A stretch of DNA of 63,576 nucleotides, filler included, from Collodictyon triciliatum (Eukaryota): NCBI GenBank assembly GCA_043381765.1. It is 7 parts of 6 records of this genome, joined end to end, with 100 filler letters (N's around TTAATTAATTAA, not from the genome) between each part and the next. Parts side by side here need not be neighbours in the genome. Positions count along the whole stretch, not along the records: positions 59,905 to 63,576 come from JBHJMP010002166.1; 6 more parts are not named here. One strand, given 5' to 3'. Position numbers and translations under genes: made by a program. The notes beneath the pieces were generated by a model. That model was not told where the DNA came from, ran no database searches, and saw only the letters and a program-made list of their open reading frames with translations. Positions 61,917-63,576 of the stretch are shown here, piece after piece (position 1 is the stretch's first letter; every line of letters begins with the position of its first letter).

Positions 61917-63576
61917 ATGAAGAAAAGAAAACGTCTTGAGTCTGAGAATCTAAAGTCTGTAAAAACAGACCATCGAAGTATGAAAACATATCTAAAGTCG
62001 ATTGTAAAGAATTCGGATGGCTATGACATAATCAGCGATACGGTTTTATTGTGTCATAATTTGGTCACCGACACTTATCTGTATGTAAGATGTTACATAT
62101 TGAAATCACAACAACTCCCAACAATCGATGAAATGTGTTTTTTGTACGCTTTAGAGACAGTCGGAAAAGTTTCACAAGATATACCCGCATGATTTAAAAA
62201 ACCAGATATGAGATTTGACTGATGACTTTTTATCTCTATGATTTTCGATTCCTTTTATCCCGATAAGAACGCATTCCGTTGGTTGGACTGTCCCATATAT
62301 TACCGTACTTGGCGAAGCAAATCTTCACAGCTTATCATAATAACATTAAGGAATATTTTGTAAAGAGGTTACTGCGCTTTATAAATAAAAGTTCCTAAAG
62401 ATGAGAATATTACGGAAGCTATTAAAAAGGCAGAGTTACGAAAGTTAAAAAAAAGGCCATCTTCAAGAATCTCGAAATACCGGAACAATATAAAGAGTAG
62501 GCTACAACGCACTTGGATTATATCATTCCCAGCGATATTGTAAAAAGTTATCGAATATGACGTCAAAGTCAATCCAAATAAGTACATTCCATGTCTTATT
62601 TACATGAATCACATTTTTGAGGACATTGACGCAAACAGTACTAACCAATCCCTAAAAGAACCACCAATATACCATGTCATATTACTCTAGATACTGTATG
62701 TTTGATAGATATATTAGTATTATCTAGAAAAACATCATTACTGAATAATATATCAGGTGAAAAAAAGACACTATGGCATAAGTTCTTTGAAACGAAGAAG
62801 AGGGCCTTTCATCAATGAGACTACAATTTTAAATACATGATACAAACAGATGGCTTGGTGGTGTCATTATTGTTCGAAAAGAAAGGCATTTCAAATTCAA
62901 GATTCCAATATAATCAAAAAAACCCAATAATGTTTATATATAGATGAACTTTCCGAAGAGCAGTTATCTTTATTAGCGACAAAAAAAAATATAGTTGGAG
63001 TGGACGCGGGCAAGTTTAATATGGTTTACATGGTGGATGAGAGAGGCAAGAAATTACGTTACACGGCTCACCAAACAAGACATGATAGCAAATCTCTTAA
63101 AAATCACAAAATACTCTCTCGCGAGAAAAAAAGAAAAGTACAATGCTTTAGGGATATACATGGCAACAGATTTACAAAGCGTTGTTTCTTTTGGTCTCAT
63201 GACTTTTGAAGAGAATCAGCGGTTTGAGACATCAAGAGTATCTTTAATCGATTTAGATACAGAACTGACTAAATATAATTCATGCGCGGTCGATTATGAA
63301 TAATTTCGGAAATAAGTATCTATGAAATCAAGATGCCAGATAGAATTTTCCAGATTTTATGAACACGTGACTTTTCGAAAAATGAGACGGATACAGTATA
63401 TTAATACAAAAAGAAGTGAACAATTGTTTATGGACTGAATCGAAAAGCCATTTTGGCAAGGATGTTGTACTGACGTATGGAGACTGGAGCAGAAAATCTC
63501 CGATGAAACGTCTTATAGCAACAATCGGAAGAGGATTACGAAAAATAGTACCCAAACGTTTTGAAACAGTTAGTGT
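61917..63576 (+). pseudogene. Decayed Fanzor1-type (TnpB-derived) RNA-guided nuclease gene; runs off the window end
   Basis: Reconstructed across frameshifts: KTYLKSIVK, TYLYVRCYIL..LPTID, NNIKEYFVKRLLRFIN, YDVKVNPNKY..LIYMN, IPCHITLDT, YMIQTDGLVVSLLF, RuvC-I IVGVDAGK (D at 63003), LRYT..Q, FY..FRKMR..YINTKRSE, YGDWS..MK..GRGLRK..KRF. About 8 in-frame stops and about 7 frameshifts. Confidence 0.88.

Noticed and set aside
62190-63438. Alternative genetic code explaining the Fanzor stops
   Set aside because: All three stop types and several frameshifts occur, and host genes here end in TAA, TAG and TGA. Decay is the simpler explanation.

Overview
Eukaryotic, AT-rich, intron-dense and microsatellite-rich genomic DNA from a flagellated, mitochondriate protist (it carries WDR78/DNAI4 and Pet127; the taxon cannot be determined). 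The window is not one locus. Six identical 100-nt spacers (N44-TTAATTAATTAA-N44 at 13046, 26173, 39274, 52376, 56556, 59805) join seven segments, and genes are cut at most joins. Recognisable spliced genes are a receptor kinase-cyclase-kinase, a TPR protein, a secreted multi-Kelch protein, DNAJC11, the 3' end of MCM7, a secreted lipase with PPC-like and Fn3-like domains, a coiled-coil protein, a SnoaL/NTF2-like protein, Pet127, a BAR-RhoGAP, WDR78/DNAI4 and a probable RNF213-like C-terminus. Mobile elements are two decayed copies of an L1/Tx1-type LINE 3' end and a decayed Fanzor1-type (TnpB-derived RNA-guided nuclease) gene at 61917 to >63576. The Fanzor gene has an N-terminal NLS-like motif, a candidate 82-nt spliceosomal intron and an upstream AAAATTGA motif. 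All assignments come from manual translation and remembered family motifs, with no database searches. Exon boundaries are approximate unless stated otherwise.
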